A stretch of DNA of 61,989 nt, filler included, from Sphacelaria rigidula (lineage: Eukaryota): assembly GCA_964200075.2 (NCBI GenBank). It is 7 parts of 7 records of this genome, joined end to end, with 100 filler letters (N's around TTAATTAATTAA, not from the genome) between each part and the next. Parts side by side here need not be neighbours in the genome. Positions count along the whole stretch, not along the records: positions 1 to 8,771 come from CAXNAA020010147.1; positions 8,872 to 17,641 come from CAXNAA020010148.1; 5 more parts are not named here. The stretch is one strand, 5' to 3'. The stretch's first letter is position 1, and each line of letters opens with the position of its first letter. The position numbers were made by a program, and so were the translations under genes. Below, one piece after another: positions 1 through 11,507 of this stretch. Below the pieces are notes generated by a model. It saw nothing but the letters and a program-made list of their open reading frames with translations, did no database searches and was not told the origin of the DNA.

Positions 1-1128
1 CTTTTCTTCTTTTAACTACGACCCCGCTCTAAATTTTGCGGAACAAGTTGCCCCCACCCCCCCCCCCCCCCCCCCTATCGTAAGATGACTCATTCCCCGA
101 CGTACTTTTCATTTTTTGTGCGTGTACTGGTGAATACATTTCTTTTTTTTATTTGTCGCGCGGATACTACATACACGATTCCTTTTTCCTTCTGGCCTTG
201 CACAGCGTGTTCCACGTTTTCCTCTTTGACCTTTTCCTCTTTGGTGCTCCACTACCTGGACCGCTTGACGATTCCCTGATTTCTTGTTCAAAATTTCGTA
301 CCCCCCTGTAGTCTTTTCCGCTTGGCGCCTGACCTGCATCAACAATTAGTGTTTCAGTCGACTGCTACAGCTGTCTTCTCTTGGACCCCTGCACTTGAGT
401 TCGCTGTTTCGCACCCTCGTTGCCGCACTTTTGACTCCCTTTCTGCCTTGAATTTCACAGGTATTTACACATCGCCTCCCCTTTGGCAACGTATTCTACA
501 CTAGTATTGGTGCCTCCTTCCGCGGTCTCGAGTGGTGTTTTTCTACACCTCCTGTGTGCGGTATTTTACTTGTACCACTGCAATACCCTTGTCCAGCGTG
601 TGCCTGGCCACTACGTATCCCTGTCATATTTGCCGCGCACAGCGCGCCCGTCGGACATCTGCCCGGGTGTCTGTCTCCTTTCACAGTCACCTCATTGTTA
701 GGTTTTACTCTTGCACCAAGCCGCTCGTGCGACAACTGTCGGGTTTATCTGTGAGTTTGTTCCTTTGCGACTATCTACACCTTTGGTACACCTTCCGTGC
801 GCCCCCCCCTACTCCCCCATACACAGTTTCCTCTAGAGGTGTCTTATTATCGTCGCAGTTGCTCTCTTTTCGGCGTTTCATAACCTCCACCTTTTTGCTC
901 TGCTGTCTGCCTTTTGGTACTTGGAATTGCCGAGATTACGCTGGTTGTTATTATCACAGCAGCCTACTCTAGTTTAGTGTAACTCCGTATATTAAATTCT
1001 GTTGTCTTTCCTGCTTAATTTTTGTTCGGTACTTACAATCTCCTGCCGAATCTACACTACCTGCTATTATTTTACCAGGACCCTTGTACTCTGGTGTCTG
1101 GCGTCCATTTCTACTTCTTCAAAATAAC

Positions 1129-4100
1129 ATGGCGCAACCGCAGAAAATAGTTTTCCCCTGGACCCTGCCTACTAACAAATTTTTACGCCGTCAGTGTTTG
1201 CTTTCATCAATCAATTCAAAACCAAAACCCTTCACTATTACTTCCCCTGTACACGAAGAAGTGAAATCCGACAGAGCTTCGACCCGCAACTCTGGCGACT
1301 ACACGTCTCAAGACTTGGCTGCTGCTGGTGACCACGACCGCCATCTGCTCAAGACTTCCAACATTATCGACGAGACGCTCCGCGCGCGCTCTGTTGCGAA
1401 CCGCATACCGTTCAAGACTCCCGACATTTTCGACGAGTCGCTACGCGCTCGCTCTGTCGTGGACCGTACACTGTCCAAGACTCCCGGCATTATCGACGAG
1501 TTGCTCTGCGCTCGCTCTGTCGCGAATCGTTCACTGTCCAAGACTCCCGGCATTATCGACGAGTCGCTCCGCGCTCGCTCTGTCGCGGATCGTACACTGT
1601 CCAAGACTTCCAACATGGTCGACGAGTTGCTACGCGCTCGCTCTGTTGTGCAACGGGCTCAGTCTCGGGGTTCCCACATGTCTGATGAGTCGCCACGCGT
1701 CGCCACTGTTGTGGAACGCCAACCGCTTCAGGCTCCTACCGCGGCTATTGACTCACCCCGCGCTCGCGGTGTTGAGGGTTACGACGCCTCCCAGCGCCAG
1801 CGCCGACAAGACATGTATCGTGAGGACACTTCTGTTCACCGCACCTCGCGCCGAACATTCTCCTCGCGTCTTGGCCGCTCCGAACCGCCTTCCACAGAGC
1901 ACTTGCCTTTAGTAACGGCTCTTGAGCACTTGCTTCGTTCATCACCGGCTGTCATTTCTGACGGTCCGGCGACAACTGCCCTTTCACAAGCGCTTGCAAC
2001 CGCGTTTCACACAGCCGTTAAACATTCAAAGTATTTTGATCATGTTCACTTTGACAGTAATATGAACCATCGAGCCTCTGCACCACTGGCTGCAGATCCT
2101 GATGATGTACGTTCAACCCCAGACGTTGCTTCTGATTTTGATTTGGATCATGACGACCTTGTTCGCCACGGTGATACCACTACTCATGCCCATGATGTAC
2201 GTGCTCTGTCATCGGGACTATCTTCAACCACGGGATCCTCACGGCCTAAATCTGTCGATCAGACAAATGTGAACTCACGACTGCCCGTTGATGCTTCGTT
2301 GGCTAATATTCACGCACCTTTGCGCAGCGGACGCAGCACTCACCGTGCCCTTCCGCCCCATCCCGATGCTGCCACTGTGCGTGCTGTCAAACAACAAATT
2401 GCAGATCTTCGTCGCTACTTACGCTCCGCTGCAACTATGGCAAATGCCCCTGCACCTTCGACTACTGCACCCATCGCAGCCCCTGCCCCTTCTACGGCAG
2501 CCAACATCGATACGGATGCCGAGAGCACCCGTGTCACGCCTCCCGCTCCCCGCGCGGCGGCCCCAGCGGATTCCGCCACGGCGGATCGGGGTCACACCCC
2601 TGTCACGGCCGCCTCCGCGAGATCGGCCCCTTCGCCGCCAAATTCTACTGCCGCGGGCTCGGCTCCGGCCCCTGCCCCCGCGCCTGACACGGACGATCGC
2701 CCCCTGTTGGGCGTCGAGCATTCCCCGTCGGGCCTTCCGCCCCGGTTCTGGCTTCGTGGCGCCTGAGCAGACCAGGAACAAATTCTGGCTGAAAATCAAG
2801 CTTTCGAACCGGCCACGGCCCCGATGCCACCTTCACCCCGATAACCGGTGGACAACGCTGCTCCCCGTCTCCTTCAGGATGACCTCGCGGACCGACTGGC
2901 ACGCCAACGCCAGGCCGTTGATTCGGCATCCAGTCGCCAGCGGGCGGCTCAACGTACCCTCACTGAACGCCTCGCTGCGCTCGGCCAGATGCAGGATTCC
3001 GTACGACGCGATGAACACCGCTTGCGTCAGTGTGAGACCGCGACCGAAACTGCGACCACGGCCGTACGTTCCATGGAACAAGAACAACATCTCCCTCTGC
3101 TCCAGACCACGCCGAAAGAGCTTGCACCTTCCGCCGCCATTTCTGACTCTCGAACAGACCGCCAGTCTTCGCGCTTACGCGCTGCTGCCGCGGCTTCTGC
3201 GGCTTCGCTTACGCTTCCCCCGCCTGCACCACTGCAGGTCCCTCGGGCTTCGGCGCCCCCCGCCTCCACACCCGGGCTGCACCTGCAGGGCAGCGAACGT
3301 GCTTGGCTCGGTTGGACGCTCCGCCAACTTTCGGGAGAATACACCTGCAACAACGTCCTTCGCGCCTCTGAGCAGACTTGGAGCTCCCTCATCCTGCCCG
3401 TCAATAGTGTGATCGTCCCCTTTCTTCAACAAGATGTAGAGCTCCCGCGCAACGACCCCGGCGCTCTCATTACCGAACGAATCGTGCTTTATCTCACGAT
3501 TGGTGCCGGGGACGGTCGTTCTAATTATGAGACCGCCGTCGCCGCCCTCTTTGCCGCCATGCGGGCAGCCCGCAACACACTGCCGCCCGACGATGATGGA
3601 GCTTGGATCACCCCGCACCCCCCTCGCCATCGTCATGATGATGACGACTCTGACGACGACCCTTCAGGTGCTGCACCACGCCGTGGGCACGGGCCCCACC
3701 GCACTAACAACAACAGTCGATGATCGACCCGAGGCACTCACAAACGGGCTGGCAACCAGTCTTCGGGTTCGTCGACTGCACGACACCGCCACCACGCCTC
3801 AACGCGGTACGACCGGCCCTCATCGGCCGTCAGGCATGTAACGCCTCCTATAGCTGATGCGTCTGCTCGCATTCTAGGTCTCACGGATAGTGATAGTGAC
3901 AATTCGGCTCGCCCATTGTCTTCCAACTCGGCTCGGTCACTAGCTTCCGCGGCCGCAGCCAAACGCCAAGCTGCCGCGGATAAAATGGCTTCCGATACTC
4001 GTAAAGAAGCGTCTCGTGTCGCTGCCGTAAAACGAGAATACTTACAGATGAATGTCAAGAAACTCTGTCATATCAAAACCATGCCTGCTGCAGACAATGA

Positions 4101-5399
4101 AGACTCTGGTCAGTTTACGTCAGCCCTCATTTCCGCAATTCCTCGAACGATGCGCAACATCCTTGAATTGGCCGATGCGACTGGTCAACAACGTTTCGAA
4201 GATTCCGACTGGGTTGATGGATGACAAACACCGCTGCATAAGGCTTTGCACCGCTCAATCAGCCGCCGCTCCCCTGACGTTGTTGCCTCTTTGACGCAGA
4301 TTCTCGATTCCTTCTTCGCCGCCATGGACCAAGATCGTGCCAGCGGGCAACCAGCGCCGCTATTATTCACCAATTTGGAAAGGCGTTTCATAGGGTATTT
4401 CGATAAGTCTGATCAGGCAGGCGCCATCAAGCGCCTCAGTTCCTCCGCCGTCGCGACAGAAGTGCCCTTTGCTGACTACCTCCGCGAATTCAAGCTTTTG
4501 GTGTCGAGTGTGACTGGTACCGGGCGACAGAATGGCCCTAGTGATGCTATGTGTCAAAGATACGTTCGCAATAGTATTGCTCAGCAATTTCGGACGCTGA
4601 TGCCGTCTTTGTTTCCGGGCGCTTTGACGCACGAAGAGGTGCCTTACGCCTCCGTAGACGCGATGTGGAATGAGGTTGTAGATCAGGAACATAATTTAAC
4701 GCCTGCCATTCGTGGTGCACAGTGTTCTTCTGGGTCTTCGCAGACCTTGCGTGCCGCTTCAACGAGTACCTCCGGGCCTCGTGGACTCACTCAGACTTTG
4801 TCCAATAATACTTGGACACCAAACTCTGTCGGTGGATCGGTCATGCCTGTTCGTAACAAAAGGGACCGTTCCGTGCAAGCTTCGATGCTTGGCCTTTTTC
4901 GGCGGACACTTTTGATGATGTTCATGTCGTTTTCACGACTGCTTTCATCACCGATGACCCACATTTGTGGATCCCCTTGCTTTCGCCTTCGGCTCGCAGG
5001 GATGTTTTTCGTCGCCATGCTAACACATGCATTAACTGCAATGGTACTGGCCACAGTATGCGAGATTGCCCTGAACCTTGCATCAATATTTTTTCGCTTA
5101 TGAACCCTGAACTTCAGAGCAACAGGCAGGCGTGGCGCCGATGGCAAAACCGCATGCGCGAGTATACTCCACCTTCTCGCCACCCTCGCCAGCCTTACCA
5201 AAATCATGGCGACTCTCGCTCAAATCGCGACCGCCGCCACACCACTAACACAGTCTCAGGGACTCGCCATAGAGATAGTGCTTTCCGCCCTTCTCAGTCT
5301 TCGCATGGTCATCACCAGCGAACAGGGCCGACTCACCACAACACCAACCCCAATGCCAGAAACCTTGGTTCTTTCATGACGGATCGCAACGACCCATGA
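1129..5399 (+). pseudogene. gag: Giant Gag-like polyprotein (disrupted)
   Basis: ORFs 1084-2766, 2848-3723, 3916-4224 and 4246-~4860 share one frame, separated only by in-frame stops (2764, 2842, 3721, 4222). A frameshift near 4860 leads into the zinc knuckle CINCNGTGHSMRDC (5028-5069). First ATG is at 1129. Confidence 0.8.
1351..1790 (+). repeat. 63-bp (21-aa) coding tandem repeat in the gag N-terminus
   Basis: Units start at 1351, 1414, 1477, 1540 and 1603, plus two degenerate units. Consensus KTPxIIDESLRARSVADRTLS. Confidence 0.92.
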
Positions 5400-6414
5400 C
5401 ACGCCGACGACGGCGTGAAGTCTTCGGCGCCGCCGATAGCAGACTCGAAGACTCATCCAACACACAACACCGCTCGGGTGACAAAACGTTCTCACCCACC
5501 ACTATTCAGGAGATCTAATGACGGCCGTTCTTCTCGACCCTCGTCTTTATCTTCATCTACGTAGCGTAACCATTGTGTTGACTCACAACCCAGCTGTATG
5601 CTTGGCTCCAGAATTGGTCCTCCCGAACTAAGTATACATGTGAGGTGTGGGAAGACCGACTGCGGACCCTTGAGGCACAGGCTTCCCTCAACGACCGCAC
5701 GCACCGGTTGTAGCAGACTTCCTTTACCTGGTTCTGGCGTTGATGGTTCGAAACTGACCGCTTCAAACCTTTCGACTCCCACCCGACCTGATCGTAGTTC
5801 TTTTCCGCGCCATTCTTCTGCTGCGAAACTACCCCGACATACAGCGGACAACACTCGTCCCCTTTCACATTTTGCAGTGTCCTTTGTACCGAGCTTGCCA
5901 GCGGACAGTCCACAAGTTTCGGCCGAGCATGCCCCGATGTTGACAACATCACCTCAACTGGACGCAGTTGCAGTTTCCCAAGAAGTCTTGGAAGTTTCCC
6001 GTCATTTGCCATGGCCCGGGAGGAAGCCTCATCGTCATGCCCCCACGGAAGCGCGAGCATTGACACGCCCCCCTCCCGTCAGAGGAAAATTCCGACCTCA
6101 TTCTCCCCAAAAAGCGGCGACTTTGAGCTCGATGGCATTGCCAGGCATCCCAGAGGAATCCAAATGGGATCTTTCAGACGGTACCGGATCCTCCACCGAT
6201 GACCCCTGTCGCACTTCGCAGCAATCTCTACTCAACAATGATCCTTGTACTTCCAAGCAAGTGATCTACGAGATTGATCAAAATCATTATTCACGCTGCC
6301 CTTCACGATCGGATCAGACCCCCACGATGTCTACCGATACCTTCGAACCCCCCGCGGATCACCCGCCATTCGTTTTCACGGTCAGTCCAACTACTCCTGG
6401 CCAATTCACCTTAG

Positions 6415-7005
6415 TTGCATGGCCCACACCTTGTTGGTGGTAAGGTGTTCGTTGATCCTGCCACCTTCACTACCCGCGTAGCATTACACTGCGGCCCTTA
6501 CGCCACCGCGCGTGCCAAGTGCGTCTCGTTGTTAGATAGCGGAAGTCCACAGACATTCATCAAAGAATCCATGTGGAATCATATAGAGCAGACTAGCGCT
6601 GCTTCCGATGTCTGCGAAATCACCACCCAACCTCGCGTTTGGGGCGGTTTCGGCGACTCCAATTCACCCTTGACGACACAAAAATCTGTTCGTCTTAGTG
6701 TGCAATTTTTCCATCACGATACACGTTCGGCTAGTCTCGTCGTCTGGGCTTACATCGTCCCTGACAGCACCATGCACCATGCTCTCCTCCTTGGCAAAGA
6801 CAGTTACATGCGCTTCGACCAACGCACATACCGCACCCTTCCACCATTATCGTCTAAGTCGGCGCCTCGTGGAGAACTCCAACTCGAACACTTTGGTACC
6901 CTCAATGGTGCCTTAGCCTACAAAAAGAATGAGCAGGCTACCGGAGCGGCTTACCATCTTTGGTACACCGGCAGTTCTGGTGTCACCCTTTCCGATGAGC
7001 CTTAA
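6415..7005 (+). pseudogene. pol: Retrotransposon aspartic protease region of pol
   Basis: LLDSGS active-site motif (~6529-6546) and downstream LLLGKD motif. In frame with the RT ORF, separated by one TAA at 7003. Confidence 0.85.
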
Positions 7006-7038
7006 CTCTTATAGGTTTCGCTTGTTCGCCGCAACGGT

Positions 7039-8771
7039 ATGCCTGCCCTCACCGGCCACTACCTTGCGGAATTACTGCCTAAAGTCGGTGCGCCCGCTGG
7101 TACTGAGCATTTTGTCTCGGACGGCGACCAACTCCTGCCCCTCACAGGCCATGCTAATTTGGAACCTGGCGATGTCTTGGGCATCGCCGCGGCTCCTCTT
7201 ATGCACATTCCTCTGGAAACTTGTGTAGCCGACCCTCCGGCGCCTAATCTCACGCCGCCGACTGATGATTTTGTCCACTGCGTCGATGAGCCATACTTCA
7301 ATCTCTCCGCCTCATTACCGACTCAGATTTCTGCGGTGGAACCCGACAGACCCCCTGCTGAATCTCCTGATGAAGTGCTTCAACGCTTGTCAGTCGATTC
7401 TCGAGAACAGCTCTTGCAAATGTGGCACCAACCTCCACCTCATTTGCGTGATATCCATTTTGACCTACATGGTCCGGGCTGGGAGCCCGCCATCATCCAA
7501 GAACTACAAGATGTTCTCCTGGAATATCAGGACAGATTTTCAAGATTCAAAACGGATCTCGGGCATTGTGAAACATTGCCATTCGAGATTACACTGCAAC
7601 CTGACGTTTCGCTCATCTCATCTCGACCACATCAAACGAATCCCCTCCTCACCAAAAAAGTCAATGCTATTTTGGATGCCTACTTAGGAGCTGGTCTGAT
7701 TCAACACTCGTCTTCGCCATGGGCCTCACCCCTCGTGGTCGTCCCCAAAAAAGATGGCAACATACGCATTACCGTGAACTACAAACGGCTGAACCGCGTC
7801 ACTGTCGTGGGAAAACTCCCCATACCTCGCATCGACGAAGTCTTTGACTCTCTTGGCGAAGGAAAAATATTCAGCACTTTCGATCTGGCCTCTGGATTTT
7901 TCCAAAATGCAATTCACCCCGATACAGTTCCCTTGACAGCGTTCTGTACATCTTCAGGGCTTTTTGAATGGCTGCGTATGCCACAAGGCGCTGCCACCGC
8001 ACCTGGCTGCTTTCAACGCCTCATGCAACGCGTTACTGATGATATAGAGCATGTTATCATGTATCTAGACGATGCTATCGCTTTTGATACCTCCCCCAAG
8101 GCGCATGTTCGCACTCTACGGGAATTTCTCTCCCGCTTGCGTACACACGACTTGAAATTGTCTCCATCCAAAGCTCGACTCGGAGCCACTGAATTGGATT
8201 TCTTAGGACACTCTATCTCTCCTGCTGGATTGCACCCCGACACGAACAAGGTCAAAGCTATGACAGATCTACCTATGCCCACCAACATTTCGCAGCTTCG
8301 CTCGCTGCTAGGCGGACTTTCATACTATCGCAAATTTTTGCCCAACTTGTCCAAGCGGATCCGCCCCATCACCGATTTACTGAAGAAAAACGCCCCGTTT
8401 GTCTTCACTAAAGACATGGAGGCCACCGTCCGTGAACTGCTCAAAACACTGACCGAAAAACCGGTTCTTTGTTTCCCGGATTGGGATGCGGTACAAGACG
8501 GTTCACGTCTTTTCCAACTACACACCGATGCTAGCACAGATGGGTTCGGCGCCGTTTTGAATCAACCTCAACTGGATGGCTCTGTCCGACCTATTTTGTA
8601 CATCAGCCGTGCGACCCTTCCAAATGAGGCAAACTGGAGTCCCCTCGAACTCGAAGGCGGAGTTATCACTTGGGCTATTAAAAGGCTTCGACAGTACTTG
8701 TTCCACGTGCCTTTCCACATCTATACAGATCACGGAGCTCTTGAACAACTCGCTAAGGTTGGAGAACACGT
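7039..8771 (+). CDS. pol: Gypsy reverse transcriptase + RNase H (partial pol)
   Basis: Motifs SPWASPLVVVPKKDG, FSTFDLASGFFQ, RMPQG, YLDD (8062-8073), FLGH, LHTDAS and YTDH. Runs into the gap. Confidence 0.96.
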
Positions 8772-8871
8772 NNNNNNNNNNNNNNNNNNNNNNNNNNNNN
8801 NNNNNNNNNNNNNNNTTAATTAATTAANNNNNNNNNNNNNNNNNNNNNNNNNNNNNNNNNNNNNNNNNNNN
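8772..8871. other. Artificial contig linker (N-run + TTAATTAATTAA + N-run)
   Basis: 100-bp spacer with a six-frame stop cassette. Identical spacers occur at 17642-17741, 26512-26611, 35382-35481, 44252-44351 and 53121-53220. There is also a small internal 10-N gap at 12000-12009. Confidence 0.98.
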
Positions 8872-8929
8872 TTTCACTCTCAATCGTATCACCTACTCTC
8901 AATCTCACGAAAACACTGTTTGTGGCCAT

Positions 8930-10560
8930 ACACCGAAATCTATTGAGGTCGACCAAATGCACCGATTGATAGCTTTTCAAATCTATTGATGACGGCAATG
9001 GCTATCGATAGACCACGTGCCAAATCTATTGATGACGACGATGGTTATTGACAGATTGTATATCAACTCTATTGATTAAGGCAATAGCTATTGATAGATT
9101 GCGTATAAATCTATGCACGCAGGCAATGACTATTGATAGAAACATACCAGGATCTACTGTGGTATACAATGCCTATCGATAGATATTCCCTGTCGTCTAT
9201 TGCCACACCTACATCGCAACATACGACGTAAAGAGCATATTATACTCCATTAGGGTACGGTGAAGAAGCCGCAGGTGGACATGCAGTGGGTTTATAATGA
9301 TTCTACTTGTGAATATATGACATCACGTTTCTACAATTTTGGAACGCTTGTATTTTGCAGGAATCCGCAATATGTGTGGACAAAAGTTTACAACTTTAGT
9401 TGTTGGTGTGGTGTTATTACTTATGGTTGTCCCTCTGATGGACATGAGCGCTTACAGTACTTTTGTGTGTGGGTGAGATGTGCTTATGCCTTGGAAGATA
9501 GACTATGAAAATAGAACATTGGCGCTGCAATAGCTCCGAAAAATTGTCTATCAATGTTTGTTGTCAGTGACAATCGACTGACATCAAAGTCTATCGGTAG
9601 CTGTTGTAGGTGACGATAGATTCGGGACAAGGGACAGAATGTATCATCGCCGTGACAATGCAGGGGCCAACTTGTCTGGCGATACATTTTATTTGTTGCA
9701 ATAGGCTCTGAATCGTGGCCACCAATGTTTATTGCTAATCACTATAGCATCTGTCACGCGGCAAGCAATACATATTGTTGGTCACAATAGGATATCAATT
9801 GAGCCCACCAATGTCTATTGAGGGTCACAATAGAATCTGAGTCGCGGCCACCAATGTCTACCGCTGGTCACAACGTAATCTGAATCGCGACCACTAATAT
9901 CTATTGCTGACCACAAAAGTAGCCGAATGGCGTCGATCACTAGCGCTATGTATGCATATATTCCGCTGTATGTTTCCACCTTATTCCACAGAAGCTATGG
10001 CCAGCTATCGCCTCAGGTCGTTGCGTTTTCATGTGCAAGGGGTATTGCGGTTGATATCATGAGACCATTGCCGTGAGCAATCGTATTTTCAAATCCTATC
10101 GTTGGCGTCACTGGCTATCGATAGGTGTTCCCGAGGACAATCGATTGTTGACGGCAATGCCCATATTGGTAAATACCAAAAAATTAATTGTTGGCGGCAG
10201 AGGCTACCGATAGACGGCTAACAAATCTATTGATGGCGGTAATAGGTATTGATAGATGGCTCACCTAATCTATTGATGACGGCAATGACTATCGATGGAG
10301 ATATCACCGAACATATTGATTATGGCAATGGCTATGGATATATACAAATCAGAATCTACAATATTGCGGTACGCAATGTCCATCGATGGCCAGTGATCTT
10401 CATCTATTGCAATTGCCTATCGATCGACTATTGCAACATCTATTGTCCCTTGCAGTACATATCAATAAATGTGTTTCACCATCTATCGTGTTCGATAGTA
10501 TATATCGATAGGTTTTTCCCCGTGTCTATTGCTAAAGCAATGGACTATTATTGTGTCCAT
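8930..10560. repeat. CTATTGAT/CTATCGATAG-rich element with ~43-bp tandem arrays
   Basis: Units such as AAATCTATTGATGACGGCAATGGCTATCGATAGACCACGTGCC at ~8978, 9021, 9064, 9106 and 9148. A second block lies at ~10090-10400. Confidence 0.75.
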
Positions 10561-11236
10561 TGTCCAGAATGTGGTGAGCTTGGAGCGGCGGCATGTCCTT
10601 CATTTCAGCGTTCTCCATGCCAAGAATCTTTGTACACGGCAGCTGAACGCATCCGCCAACGCCTCGGCAATAAACTAGAGGACAGCAGGATGGGTGCCCC
10701 CCCCCCCCCCCCCTCAAAAACTCGAATTTTCGATCTTGGGTCCTACGTGTCCCGAAGTAATTTTTTTACAGACCCTTGGAACGCCTTAAACAAATCGCAG
10801 AGAGGATGATACTCGGACGTCAACTCTTGATACTCCGTGAGCCAGGCGTTGACTTTTCGGGTCATGTTTTCGCATTAATGTCGTATATAGTCGCACCGTC
10901 GCAGTGTATGCGCCGCCATGATCGCGCGAATACGCGTACCGGTATGGACATGAGGACTACAGTGTGCGGGATGAGCTTCTGCTGCCTCTTACCTTTGCAC
11001 TGCATCCTTCCCACGGGCTGTGCTAGCTAGCCACGTAGCCCACCTTTGTTGGCCCAACTTGGTATGTGTATAGCATGTGTCGTAGTGACGAAGCGGGCCG
11101 TCTTCGCACAAGTTCATTAAGACGATCTATTAGCCTCGTCATACGGCGAAACGACGCAGCTGACAACATAACTCGTTTTTGCTCTGTCCGCCAGGCCATT
11201 GGTGCGGCTAAAATCGCAAGACAGTCCCTCGCAACG

Positions 11237-11507
11237 ATGAGCGCGGCCGAGGGCCCTTATATATACCCCGCCGGAGGCACGTACCACCACCCTATCGCCG
11301 TAGCCCTCCTGTCAGATGATGGGGCAGCTATTTTCTACACAACCGATGGAACCGAGCCTACCGAGAGCTCGGACACTGTGCCCTCCGGCGAATTGATTGT
11401 GATAGAAGAGTCGGGTTTACTGCGGGCGATCGCAGCACAAAATACTAATACCTTCTCAACGACTTCGTCCGAGGAGGTACAGGCGACCTTCGTTGTCTAT
11501 TCCACAG
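11237..11507 (+). CDS. Exon 1: Fn3-associated/chitobiase C-terminal-like domain
   Basis: MSAAEGPYIYPAGGTY...IFYTTDGTEPTESS...LRAIA; donor AG|GTGAAT, phase 1. Confidence 0.85.

Larger units (their letters stand above)
1..8771 (+). mobile_element. Ty3/Gypsy LTR retrotransposon, decayed, truncated by the contig end within RNase H
   Basis: Order is gag(CCHC)-protease(LLDSGS)-RT(YLDD)-RNase H(TDAS) with no integrase before RT, i.e. Gypsy order. The T-rich 1-1128 region is probably LTR/leader; its boundaries are not resolved. Confidence 0.93.

Noticed and set aside
2288-3412. 374-aa Arg/Pro-rich ORF and antisense ORFs over gag and pol
   Set aside because: Shadow frames of GC-rich coding sequence.
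8816-8827. TTAATTAATTAA as a biological motif, and ORFs ending in LIN
   Set aside because: Assembly linker providing stops in six frames.
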